Of a stretch of DNA of 37,392 nt, positions 24,558 through 35,648 are shown piece after piece (within the stretch, counting starts at the first letter, position 1; the number at the start of each line of letters is the position of its first letter). The notes below the pieces were generated by a model, which saw only the letters and a list, made by a program, of their open reading frames with translations, ran no database searches and was not told where the DNA came from. The DNA comes from Phoronis australis. Lineage: Eukaryota; Animalia; Phoronida. The position numbers and the translations under genes are program-made. The stretch lies in contig NMRA01000112.1 of assembly GCA_002633005.1 (NCBI GenBank), positions 279,924 to 317,315 of the forward strand, given 5' to 3'.

Positions 24558-24827
24558 GTATGTTTATTCAAAGTATTTTAGCAACATCTTAAATAACTTG
24601 AGCTGCTCAAATTAAAGCTATGCTGGCAGCTCCTTCGGTAATATTACTATTGCAGTGGGATATCTGCGAGTTTTTTTACTTAGGCGAGGCGTTACAAAAA
24701 CGAGTCCGGAAATGAGACGAGTTAACACTTCCAACATTCTGTAATTATATTAGTGTGGTCGAAATGGAACTCAAAACTAGTATAAATCGCTTTATTCTTG
24801 TTTCATCCTAATTAAGTTGGCCAAAAC

Positions 24828-25147
24828 CAGTGGCGGATTTAGGGGGGGGGGGGGCGAGGGTGCCATGCCCNGCCATGCCCCTCCTAAAACTCTACCAGAT
24901 ACCATTTGGCAATTCGGGTGCGAATTGCTGACTAGCACATGTGCGCAACCAGGGGGCTCCGGGGTGAATAAACAATGCATAGCCTGAACAAACCCCGTTT
25001 AGGGTTTTTTTTAGTCAAACTGTTTGCAAACCCAAAAGTTCGAGACCCCTGCATCCCTACATTTTAGGCTGGGCGTGCGCATCTGCCGAAATTCTAGTTA
25101 TCCCTGTGCCCTGGCCTCCCTAACTGAAAATCCTGGACCTGCCTCTG
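24828..25147. mobile_element. MITE family A copy carrying a ~150-bp internal insertion
   Basis: AAAAC|cagtggcggattt ... tcctggacctgcctctg|GAAAC, with extra sequence at about 24936-25085 relative to the other copies. Confidence 0.75.
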
Positions 25148-25951
25148 GAAACCGCGCTTCCTACAACTTTAAGCAAAATGGAATCCTATAAGAAGCATCT
25201 TAAAATTGAATCTGCTGTTTAATATTTGCTCAAAGTTGTCAGTAGATCCGAAACACAGGGTGGGTGAAACACAAAATGCACAAGACTATTACATCGCTGA
25301 ATTTGGACTTTTCTAATCCAAAACATTTCATGCGCATGGCCGTAGTTATAGACTACAAGTTTGTACCTCATCCAACCTCTAGTAGTACCAAAGTCTGGTG
25401 AACGTGAATAACTTCTGGTTCTCCATTGGTTAATCAAGAATCAACGATATAGTGGGCCGTAAACGCACTGACACGCGGTACAACACCTTTTCCTATCAAC
25501 CAAACGCATACTCACCGTATCTTAGCCTTGATAGGGCTTACGCTGGCATACAGTGGCCAACGGCGCTATTCGTCGTACAACTTGGAAGATGTGGGCAAAA
25601 TTGACAGGCTATATGTTAACGAAACCTTTTGTTATTACAATACCAATATTTAGTACTGGTCTTCCGCGTCTTCTACTCGAACCAAAATGTTCCTATCCGT
25701 GACATAGCGGCATAGTTCATCAAGCCTCTCGATTTCATATCTATAAACCATGCAATCACATACTATTGATAAAAATATTGCGAATGAACATCAATGTATT
25801 TTACTTTGTTTCTGATCTTTCAAAGGTTAGAGAAGTGGGCGATTACTCAGACCAGTGAATTTGCTTGTCATGTCTCTAGCTCAAACAGAAGTCACCACGA
25901 CAATGCGCGTGCTAGGTTCAAACAGTGACTAAACGTCCTTCCTTCCCGTAG

Positions 25952-25987
25952 ATGCGAGAATCTCGCGAGTACAGAAGATACTCAGAA
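25952..25987 (+). CDS. Candidate 36-nt phase-0 exon (MRESREYRRYSE) of the large protein, or the start of an alternative terminal exon to 26173
   Basis: Good acceptor (ctaaac branch-like, ccttccttcccgtag). The candidate donor GAA|gttcgc is weak but preserves frame. Confidence 0.5.
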
Positions 25988-26632
25988 GTTCGCGAGATAT
26001 CTCTTTACATTGCAAGTATAACACGTGATCACCGTAGCTTTAATCGCGAAATTACTGCCTCTATGCGGAACTCAACCCTGGTGGCGAGACCCTTCTCGTC
26101 CACGAAACGGCTCATAAGACCTAAACAACGACATTCCGTGCGTCCGCTCGGTAAAGAGAGAGTTTACGAGTAAGAGAAGCAAACGAAAGGAAGACCAGTT
26201 ATTATGAGTAGAAATGGGTTATTGGCATTGCTCTTGACTCCCGATATTGCTGGTTAATCTCACTTCATTTTCTTCTGCCATACTATATGCTGTTACATGT
26301 GGGGATAATCTGACCGGATGTTTGGAGCGTTCAAGAAGACTAGTACCACGATAGAAAAGCGAGATATCCCAAGACTTCGTAATATCACGCGAGCAAAAAG
26401 CAAGGACATACTAGCGTGTACTAGCCCACAATGTGGAATTGTCGTGAGGACTTGACAGGGACCTCAGGGGTCTCACGCTCCACTGGCTTATATACATTAA
26501 AAAGGCTTTGTCCAGTCATGTGTTGTCACAAATTGAGATAATGCAAGTCATGTTTCTTCAGGCAGCACTTATCACCAAACCATCGGCTTCACGGGCAATA
26601 AAATGTAATTAGCCGAATACATCTGTGATCCT

Positions 26633-26673
26633 AGACCGTCCGGAGTTGCCCCATTGGCATCTCCGGACGGTCT
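26633..26673. repeat. GC-rich hairpin, 18-bp stem
   Basis: agaccgtccggagttgcc-ccatt-ggcatctccggacggtct, 17 of 18 paired. Confidence 0.8.
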
Positions 26674-27392
26674 CTCACGAGGATTTAACGTTATGCAAAA
26701 TAGCAGCCACTGAAGTGATTGGTTGATGTTGAATCATGGGATTGAAATACTGAATTTTGGGATTGGATTCACTTGTTTCCGTTGCATATGCGAAAGTTTC
26801 TTGTCGCGAGTGCACGCCAGTGTATTGCCGTCTGTTAATCTCTGCCCTTTGCTATAGTGTCGGTAAGGCTTGCGAAGTAATTGGTGAGGTTCACTAGCAG
26901 GTCACTGACAGTCAAGGATCTGTGCTCTTTTTTGTGCACTCTAGCGACCGAACTATGTGGAGTGAGCTACCTTTTCTCTTGCTTTTTCGCAGGCTTTTAT
27001 GTTCAATATCAGTAAGATAATAAACTCTAGTTAAAGCTTACGTAGTAAATGTTCTAGAGTGCGTTCCATAGACCAAGTTTCTTGCGAGAAAATCGATATA
27101 ACACAAGACTATGCAACTACACGCGAGCGGAGGGCGAGGATTTCGCGAGCGTGCTCGGGATTTTATTAGTAGTGTACCCTCACCAAAATGGCGGTCACTG
27201 ATGTGATTAGTCGATAAGGTTGGGATGTTGACATACAGGACAGAATTCACTGTTTCTGTTCCATGAATGAAGATTTATGGCAGCAACTTCAGCTCAAGTG
27301 CTGTTGGTCTACGGAACCCAGTGCAACGTCGCCTTTCACCTATGTCATTCCGTTGCTTTTATTTTGTTCTTATAATATGATACTCCTTCCAG

Positions 27393-28022
27393 AAATATGT
27401 GTCTGAACGACGAAAACTGATTGAAAACAGCGTCAAGACATCTGTCCATGTTGACCACGACGAACAAAACATAGACTCCAGAAACATTCCAGAAGAGGAA
27501 ACGGAACTGATAGATCAAGACAATGTGCACGAGCACGTGGAACTGGGCATTGTTGGTTCTACTGCGCAAGTGCGAGTTAGGGTAGTTGCCGAACGACTGG
27601 TTCCCAGTACACGTGGCAGCAAGCACCTCAAAAAGTCTATAGTGACCGTCACCAAGGTGACTGAGATTGACATGAATGCTCTTCCGGAGACACGTGCTTT
27701 ATTCCATAAAATACAAAATTCCCCAGGCATTGCTCGACGAATGGTGAACAATGCAACGTCTGTGTCGAACAATGAACAAACACTAGACGGTCGCGATGTT
27801 TATAGAATATACAACGCTCTCTCACGTATACAAGAGGAGGCTGAACAGTTGAAGAAAGTGCGTCCCTCCAAGGTCGTAGTATCAGGAACAATGAACGGAG
27901 AAATGTTTTCGAATGCAAATTTGGAACTGCCTAAATGGACGGAAGTGTCGGGTTCGGTAGTTGGTTCCGATGATGATGACCACGGCAGTACTACTTCTAA
28001 TGCCGGTAGCTTATTGTATTAG
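27393..28022 (+). CDS. Uncharacterised large protein, last coding exon (KYVSERRK...GSLLY*)
   Basis: Acceptor tactccttccag, phase 0, 209 codons to TAG, followed by an AT-rich 3'UTR with AATAAA signals. Confidence 0.85.
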   Translation, partial: KYVSERRKLIENSVKTSVHVDHDEQNIDSRNIPEEETELIDQDNVHEHVELGIVGSTAQVRVRVVAERLVPSTRGSKHLKKSIVTVTKVTEIDMNALPETRALFHKIQNSPGIARRMVNNATSVSNNEQTLDGRDVYRIYNALSRIQEEAEQLKKVRPSKVVVSGTMNGEMFSNANLELPKWTEVSGSVVGSDDDDHGSTTSNAGSLLY

Positions 28023-28585
28023 ATAACTACTTTGGTGTTAGTTCTTAGCCGTGCATGTATGTGAGTATTATTTGTTACTATAGCGACCCGTTTATCCCTC
28101 GTGCACTACCCTCTCCCTTGACAGACCTAATTGGACCAACAGGCCACCAGACAAAAACAAAACAAATCTCAGAGAGCTCATGGGATAATGTAATGGGTCG
28201 AAATCACGAACGGAAATTGAAGTTTTCTACAATCACGCATGCGTGACAAGCGCTTCCATTCACGGGATGGCATTCTCAGTTGATCGAATTATGACTTTGG
28301 CAAAACTTGCCTCGTGAACACTTACGGCCAGCAACATACATGTACGCCAAAGCTCACTTCTTTACAGTACCTGATATTTTAACTATTTTTCATGTTATTT
28401 AGATCAATATGATATCTTAAAAATGCAAACTTATTCAGTACACATAAAGTAATTACGAAACATGGTTACAGAATAGCGATTGATTATGTTTTCTTTGTTA
28501 CGTCAGGGGTTCTATTTTTACAATTCATATTTAACAAATGAGAATTTGTGCTAAGTTCATCATGTTATATACCCGTTATTACTTC

Positions 28586-28782
28586 AATAAATTATTAAAG
28601 TGAAATAATAATAGTCTAGTCAGCTGTTTTATATCAACGACATCTTAAATGAGAACTACAGCATGTATCTCACTACCTTAGGCATGGAAATATGAATTAA
28701 ACTGCAGTATTTTACGAAAAAGCTTATTCATCGACATTCTATCCTGGACAATTTATAGTTTTGAAAACGTTTCTGTAATAAA
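28586..28782 (+). terminator. Candidate polyadenylation signals (AATAAA at 28586 and 28777)
   Basis: AATAAA hexamers 0.56 and 0.75 kb after the stop codon. The second is followed by a T/GT-rich tract. Confidence 0.5.
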
Positions 28783-28977
28783 AGATTTACCGTCTCTCAA
28801 CGCGTATTTTCTGTGAGTTATATTTCACTTATACGAAACGCGATTTTGGCGATTTCAACCAAAACTGGTTCTGTGACCTGCTCGTGATTAATTAGAATCA
28901 ACCTGATAGATTGCGCATCCTCACTCATCGCAAACACGGGCCTCGTGGCTAGATGTGGTTAGTCTTTACCCCAAACC

Positions 28978-29119
28978 TAAAATTAGAGGTAAGCAGGCGC
29001 CCAAAGTCCACCGTATCACCATGAGGACTTAACGTAACTTACGGTGAGCAGGCGCTACGTTCAAATACCAAAAGGTGGTTGGATGCGCCTACGTGCGCCT
29101 ACGCCACACTACAGCACTG
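28978..29119. mobile_element. 5'-truncated copy of hAT MITE family C
   Basis: Aligns with 35085-35242 and ends in the TIR cactacagcactg. Confidence 0.8.
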
Positions 29120-29176
29120 AGCGTTACTCATATTTACCTATTTAGCAGAATGTAACTTGCTCTATTTTTCATAAGC

Positions 29177-29591
29177 TAAAACAGGGCTATCTTGAACGGT
29201 AACACACGTAAATTTGTTTCCTACGTTACATTAAGAGCGTCCTTCAGAGCCTACCAGTGCCATACATGTAAATTGCCAAATGTAAAGAACTGCTTGGATC
29301 ATTGGCTTGCTTTTGTCTACGTTATCGCTATCTACGAATAGCACTTGCACGCACTGGTATTCTACTTAGGCCCCCTTTTCAATAAAACTGTTTTCGGCCT
29401 TCTAATGTTGTTGTTTGTGCTGGGATCTCGCGGTGATGCATTGTGACACGAAAAGGCAACATCACCTATTATTTGACGGGTCCGCATTTGAGTGATTAAA
29501 CTCGCGTTTTCTTATTTTATTAAGGCTTTGTTAGGACTATTTGGTTAGCCCAATAGACCTAAAATAACAAAATTCTGTTGGTTAGGTTTAA
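29177..29591. mobile_element. Interspersed repeat family K2, second copy
   Basis: Aligns with 13164-13534 and ends ggtTTAA. Confidence 0.7.
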
Positions 29592-29763
29592 GCTGCCAAA
29601 ACCAGGAAACCTGCCGAGTATGATTGAATTAAAGAACTATTGAACAAAAACACGAATTGGCCAAGCCACCTGTCTAAAAGTACAGCCATTCACCCGTTAT
29701 TTTGAATTCTCATTCAAATGGTCCAGACTGGGAAGTTTCTTCCGAAGTTTTTAATGTAGTAAA

Positions 29764-30778
29764 CAGTGGCGGATCTAGGATATCACAAGGGGGGGGGGCC
29801 CAACATTTTGTCCGGCTGGAAGCATTTGCGCAAACTGAACCACGATTGTAGATGCGCATAGCACCGAATGGGGGGAGGTCGGGAGGGGGGCAAACCCCCC
29901 TCCCGCCCAGGAAATTTTTTTGTTTTTACCTCTAAAAATCAAGCATTTTCCTTGATTCCTGAAGTATTATCCAAGAAAAAAAGGAAAAAAAAACAACACG
30001 GAGAACGTGTCAAACAGGAAAAACTGCAAGTACCAAAGACTCGAACTCACGACCTGGCGGATAGAGCGCGCGTGCGTTACCACTACACCACCACGATTTA
30101 ACTACTAATCTCATACTAAGAGACCTACTTGTTTATGGTCCACAGCGTTTGCGCGCGAAACCTACTTCTTTTTGTAATGCTTATTACACGTTTTATATTT
30201 TGTGCCATCAATTCTTAACAAATTTGTCGTATTTAAAATAGTCTTCAAATGCCCAAAAGACCAAATCCATTTTTCGTGTTGGCAATAATGACGGGATTGC
30301 TTTGGAAACCGTCTTAAGATAAGGTTTGACAAAGAGAGTATTGCGAGTTTCTGAGTGATTCACTAAGGCTTCGATTAAAATTCACATCTTACCAGCAGCT
30401 TCTGTTTTTTCATCGTCACTCAGGTTCCATTTTCTTTAAAAAATGAAGTACATTTTCTTCATTGCACAGTGGAGCAGACGACGGAAACTGAGTCGTAGTG
30501 CGCAGCGCCACTGCCGGTCGCTTGGGATATCGCGGGAGAGCCTATACTTAGCCATAGTTCCGTTACGAATGCGCTGTGTTCCGAATTTGAGCCCCCCCAA
30601 CACTAAAACTGCACACATTTAAATCTTTTTTCATCCGTGTACTTTTAATTACCGGGGTTAATTAATAAACTCAACATTTATTTCCCTACGATCTTACTGT
30701 TTTATTTTTTGCGGCAGCCAAGGGGGGGGGGGGGGGGCCCGGGNNNNNNNNGGCCCCCCCCCCCTAAATCCGCCTATG
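29764..30778. mobile_element. ~1-kb non-autonomous hAT-like element, family B copy 2, perfect 5-bp TSD GTAAA
   Basis: GTAAA|cagtggcggatctagg ... cctaaatccgcctatg|GTAAA. Confidence 0.9.
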
Positions 30779-31349
30779 GTAAAACAGTGTGTTGTCGGAA
30801 AATCCAGCTTTGGAGGGAGACAAACTACGATGTTGTCGGTAATACGGTTTCGCTGGTTCCCTGCATGTCCGCTAGGGTAGAGGACACGTAGGTATTGTTT
30901 AATTAAAGAGATTGAGAGGGTCTACCTGAGTTCGTGAAGACTGACAGGGACAGGGTGGCCTACTACCTACAATTAGTTTCAACCCCGACGTGCGCGTCGT
31001 ACCTCGGGTGACTGAGGTTGATGCGCAGCGGCCTCAAACTTTTCAGTTACTCTGCAATTCGATCTTAATTGACTAGGATTTGATGAATGAATCGTGGTTG
31101 AATATTCCTACTTCATATTCTTTTAATGCAAATGCGTTCTTATTTTCCGTGAAAAGACATGCGGGCAATTTCGCAATGCCATGCACATTGAAAATGAATC
31201 TAGACGGTGACCACCGTACTGGCCAGCTAGACGGTGGTCACTGTGTACATGAAATCCAAACAAAGTGTTTTAGTACCCAGGCGTTATTTTCGATGTAGGT
31301 GGATCTAATAACCGAAGTATCGTTTATTTTTGCTTTTAAAAGTATAAAA

Positions 31350-31481
31350 ACTATTCCTGATTCTGAAAGCTTAGGTATTTTTGGAGCAGAGGACCTTCGG
31401 AGTAGTTAATCTTCGAAGCAGTGAACCTTTGGAATAGTGGACCTTCGGAGTAGTAAACCTTTGAAATAGTGGGCTGTTCCC
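31350..31481. repeat. Tandem array of ~16-bp units (ggaccttcggaRtagt), probably inside a small transposon remnant
   Basis: About five diverged units between 31391 and 31470, ending gggctgttccc. Confidence 0.6.
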
Positions 31482-32899
31482 ATTTACAGCTATGTAAGAA
31501 ACTTCAGTAACGGGCAAAAATACAACCAGATAAACAATTTCGTCAAGTCTTCCTCCGAAAAAAACTTCATATTTCCATTCCGAGTATGATGTGAGACGTA
31601 ATCCGATGACTCATTTGAGCATGCCTGATTTGAAATTTTGGCAAAAGGAAACACGAGAACGTTCTCTAGCTGGACCACATTACATCCGAATTTGTGCCCT
31701 GCTCTTTGCGAGCAACCGACACATCATCGTCATTTCTGGTATTACAAGTTCCGTCTCATCTAGGTAACATGGAGCTGAGAGTCATCGTGTATACTGAGAT
31801 TTTCCTTCACCCTAATCAGTTAAGCTGCGTCAAAGGCCTTACCGAAAACTACAGTACCGACGTTTGCAAAATATCAAAGGTCCACCGTTCTAGAAATTCG
31901 AACCACCCCTCGCTCAATGCTGGCTACGGGCCTGACACTTCAGATTGAGAAATTGTACAAGCCATTTTTTAATTGAGTGCACCTGCCCTCGTTGAGGTTA
32001 GACTTAAAAACTCTGGTTTAAACGAATGCCTAATGTTGTACTCAGGCAGTATGACCAGAATTCTTGAAGGAGGGGCGGAAGGCGAATGATAACCGAGAAT
32101 GACAAGGAATTAGCAGAAAAGTTCGAAAGTTTATTAAAGGCATTCTGATCATAGAATTTTGCTACTCTAAAGGCCATTACCAGCAGAATTAACTGATTAA
32201 CCGTCATGACGGGGAAAATGGTACTTGGCTGATTACTTTTGTACTGTACTGTTCGTGAAAATTGTTGCTTGTTCAGACTTTTAACTTCATAGACCATCGG
32301 TTGTTGAAAATAATTTGGCACAAGTAAATGGCATTAATGGATTTTCTCATGTTTTCAATGTTAAAACATTGTTGTCCTTATTTACGAGGCCAGGAAATCA
32401 TATTTCCTATTTTCATTGTTTACCACATACAAGTTGGCAAATCTTACATTTAATATTTCTGAAATTAAGAAAAAGTTCTTTTTAGATCCTACAAGTGTCC
32501 TACGTATTTCGTGACGCCCCCTTTTTACCTGCAAACCACGGCTGTAGCCAAAACCAGAAATCTATGAGAAGTCTGTGATCAAAACTGTTTCCACTCCCGA
32601 AAGCAGTCAATATTGTAAGTAGTACCGGTTGACAACACTTCTTAGTGTCGATGATGAACGGCGTAATTATCAAGACAACAGTTAAAATGGTTACGTGGGG
32701 TTACGTTAAGCCGTGTGGTGTAAAAGTGCGGCTGCTTAGAGTTGACAAATAACAACAGGAAGAAAAAAATCAACTCCTTCCACTGGCACGCACCCTCACC
32801 CCACAACAAAATCACGTACCACGCAAAACCCTTACCGCGGAACTTGAACTCACACCCAGGCACAAATAACATAACCTTAGTGTAAGTGACCGACGTACG

Positions 32900-33033
32900 C
32901 AGTGGCGGACTTAGAGAGGGACCAAGGGGGCCATCGCCCTCCCAAATTCTCCCAGATTCCATTTGGCAGTTCGGGGGTGCGAATGTCTGACGGGCAAAAT
33001 CCTGCCCCACTCAAAATCCTAGATCCGCCCCTC
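32900..33033. mobile_element. MITE family A copy with perfect 5-bp TSD GTACG
   Basis: GTACG|cagtggcggactt ... agatccgcccctc|GTACG. Confidence 0.88.
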
Positions 33034-33953
33034 GTACGTGACCTAGTTTCCGGGTACGTGTTGAGTTTCATTTGCACTTTTACTGTTCTGTGGGAGGAGT
33101 GTCTGAGTGGAGGGCAAGAGTTTTCGTGGGGTGCTTGGCAAGGGCGGCATCCGCCCCTGAATGAACAAGTTTTAGTATCACACATTGCAGTCTTCAATTT
33201 TAGCTCAGTTGTATACCTACGTGCAGAATTCACAAAAATTTTAAAACTGTTACAACAGATTAACGCAAAAAGCAGGTGCCAGCGTACGACTCATGCATGC
33301 TTTATTTTGTGAAACAAGTTTTGAATCAATGCTCTTGATATTTTCTTATCCTTTCTTCATTGGTTGAGAAGTAAGTATTTCCATGGCTTCGTATTCAACG
33401 GTGTTTCAAGTCTCATAAAGACGACTGTATCCCACAGCGAATAGCCTCGTCCTCCGCCTTTATCTGAAATTCAATGAAGAATGTCAGTGATACAACGCGC
33501 ACGTCATGTGTCCGAGTCAAAATCAGTGTTTTAACACCCTAAAGTTAGAGGGCTCGTCAACGTCATGCAAAGTTTCTTGGAAATAAAAATAAAAACCTGT
33601 CTGAGAACTTTGAAATCCCGAAGACTCGAGAAAGTGTGTTTATTACAAGAAAGCATGTTATTTGGAACGCCAGTTAAATTTTCCACTCTCATTCCAGCAA
33701 AAGGGTCTTTTGCTTTGACTGGGTTTCCCGCAAGTGGTTGACAAGGGCTGCACGCACGTAGACATAAAAACATAGCTAAAGCGACAGGACCACGCAACAT
33801 TACGCTCGGTGAACGGCGAGTGTAAGGTGGTTCTCATTTTGGACTTGGAAATTTTGGAGGTCTTGGGAGCTCCAACATTCTGTTCCACAAAACCTGAAAA
33901 TGTGAACAATACACCGACAAAAATGTTGCACAATGTCAACTGAAACTGATTCA

Positions 33954-34234
33954 TACCGTGGCTGTGAAAGGACAGCACGGCAACTATTTTTCTCCGTTGC
34001 TAACTCTATCGATAGACTTATTAATTCTATCGATAGACTTATTAATTCTATTGATAGACTTAGTAAGTCTATCGATAGAGATAGTAAGTCTATCGATAGA
34101 GTTAATAAGTCTATCGATAGTTAGTAACTCTATCGATAGAGTTAGTAAGTCTATCGATAGAGATAAGTAAGTCTATCGATAGAATTAACAACGGAGAAAA
34201 AATGTTGCCGTGCCGTCCTTTCACAGCCACCGTA
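33954..34234. mobile_element. IS3EU-like MITE with 6-bp TSD GATTCA and internal ~21-bp palindromic tandem array
   Basis: GATTCA|TACCGTGGCTGTGAAAGGAC ... GTCCTTTCACAGCCACCGTA|GATTCA, with ~60-bp TIRs and repeated CTATCGATAG cores. Confidence 0.85.
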
Positions 34235-34251
34235 GATTCAAAAGTCAAAAT

Positions 34252-34412
34252 CAGCGGCGGATTTAAGGGAGGGGGGTTGGAGGACAAGAGGCCATTGCCC
34301 CATTAACATTCTCGCATATTCCATTTGACACTACGGTGGCTCGAATTTCCGACGGACAAAATCCTGGCTAATACTCTGCCCCCCTAGCTCAAAATCCTGG
34401 TTTCCGCCCCTG
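34252..34412. mobile_element. MITE family A copy
   Basis: AAAAT|cagcggcggattt ... tttccgcccctg|AAAAC. Confidence 0.8.
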
Positions 34413-34593
34413 AAAACTTACATCTTTTACGACTACCGGAAGCGCACACGACTACATGTACTTAAAAACGACCAAAAGTACACCAAATCATCAGTTATCA
34501 CCCTAAAGCCACCGTTTGCATGCAAATACTACGATCTGAGAGTTAATGCATTCAGACTGCCAAAGCTCTCCAAATTACAGAAATCAGGTGAAA

Positions 34594-34963
34594 TTAATAA
34601 TACAAAACTCTGTTTTGACGATTCCAATCAATCTTCGTCCTATTGCCTGCTAATGCATTATTAGCGTCAATCTTGAAACATAAAAACAGGAAAGAAACTA
34701 AAAACTTATACTACATAAGTCACAGGTTGGATATTACGGTGGTTCTTGGTGGGTGGTCTTTCCCCACAGTTGCCGTGTAATTCGCTAAAACTGTAGGTGA
34801 CTCTTGCCCATTTAGCACACTTCGAAAGGAATTTTCAAATGTTCCTTCAAAGTTTTGAGGGTTGTCGAGGGTTACAGAGTATTATTTTGGTTCATGGAAT
34901 TGGACGGGAAAGTCGTTTCTAGTTTCTGTCAATAGCCTGGTAACGGGTTTGGTATCCATTTAA
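34594..34963. mobile_element. Kolobok-like family K1, second diverged copy
   Basis: Shares gtcacagg, ggttcttggtgggtggtctt and gggtttggtatcc with 8536-8882, and has TTAA at both ends. Confidence 0.7.
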
Positions 34964-35084
34964 GAACAGCCACGACTGAGCAAAAGGTGGGTCAAGGCCG
35001 TGTCAACAACTGGCAATCTTTCAATCAGAACAGACTACAAAATCAAGTAAACGCCATTTGTAGCCATCACATGCAACGCATAAC

Positions 35085-35242
35085 CAGTGCTGTAGTGGTA
35101 AAATTAGAGGTAAGTAGGCGCCCAAAGCCCACCGTATCACATCGAGCACTGAACGTAACTTACGATGCGTAGGCGCTACGTTCAAATGCCAAAAGGTGGT
35201 TGGCTGATCCTATACGTGCGCCTACACACCACTACAGTGCTG
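35085..35242. mobile_element. hAT MITE family C with 8-bp TSD
   Basis: CGCATAAC|cagtgctgtagtgg ... ccactacagtgctg|CGCATAGC (7 of 8 TSD match). Confidence 0.85.
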
Positions 35243-35400
35243 CGCATAGCTTAGAATGCCCCGTCAACCCAGGAGGCACCAATTTTTAATGAAATTGGGG
35301 CGGCAAATTCAGCTTTTGCTAAAAAAACTATTGAGTACCGCCTTTCGCGGGAGCTAATCTTGACAAAGTGGCATCCACTTGGTCGGTAACATTAGAAATG

Positions 35401-35406
35401 TTTATT
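35401..35406 (-). terminator. Candidate polyadenylation signal for the minus-strand small gene
   Basis: AATAAA on the minus strand about 245 nt after the TGA at 35649. Confidence 0.45.
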
Positions 35407-35648
35407 TATGCGACAGGATTGCCACTTTCCGTTTCATAAGCGAAAATGTCTGTATTGTCTCACCATAAGGGCGACGGTAGTGTCTTGGATCTAAGGAACG
35501 CAGGCTAAGATGTACTGTGAGTTCGTTGCTCGTACTCATAGTACTCATGAGCGGTGCAGGCCTTGAACCCCAGTGGTGCTCAAGTTGAAGGCGTGTATTT
35601 TTAACGTACAGACCTTTTGTTCTTCCAAGTAACTCACTTTGCTCAGCA

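Noticed and set aside
32642-33312. Overlapping 118-136 aa ORFs
   Set aside because: They run through GC-rich MITE family A sequence; similar peptides appear at other MITE copies (3781-4101, 21169-21372).
33954-34234. Regularly spaced palindromic repeats as a CRISPR array, and the SIDR-repeat ORFs
   Set aside because: The units are contiguous with no unique spacers and no cas genes, and they lie within TIRs and a TSD in a eukaryotic context. The ORFs are by-products of the 21-bp period.
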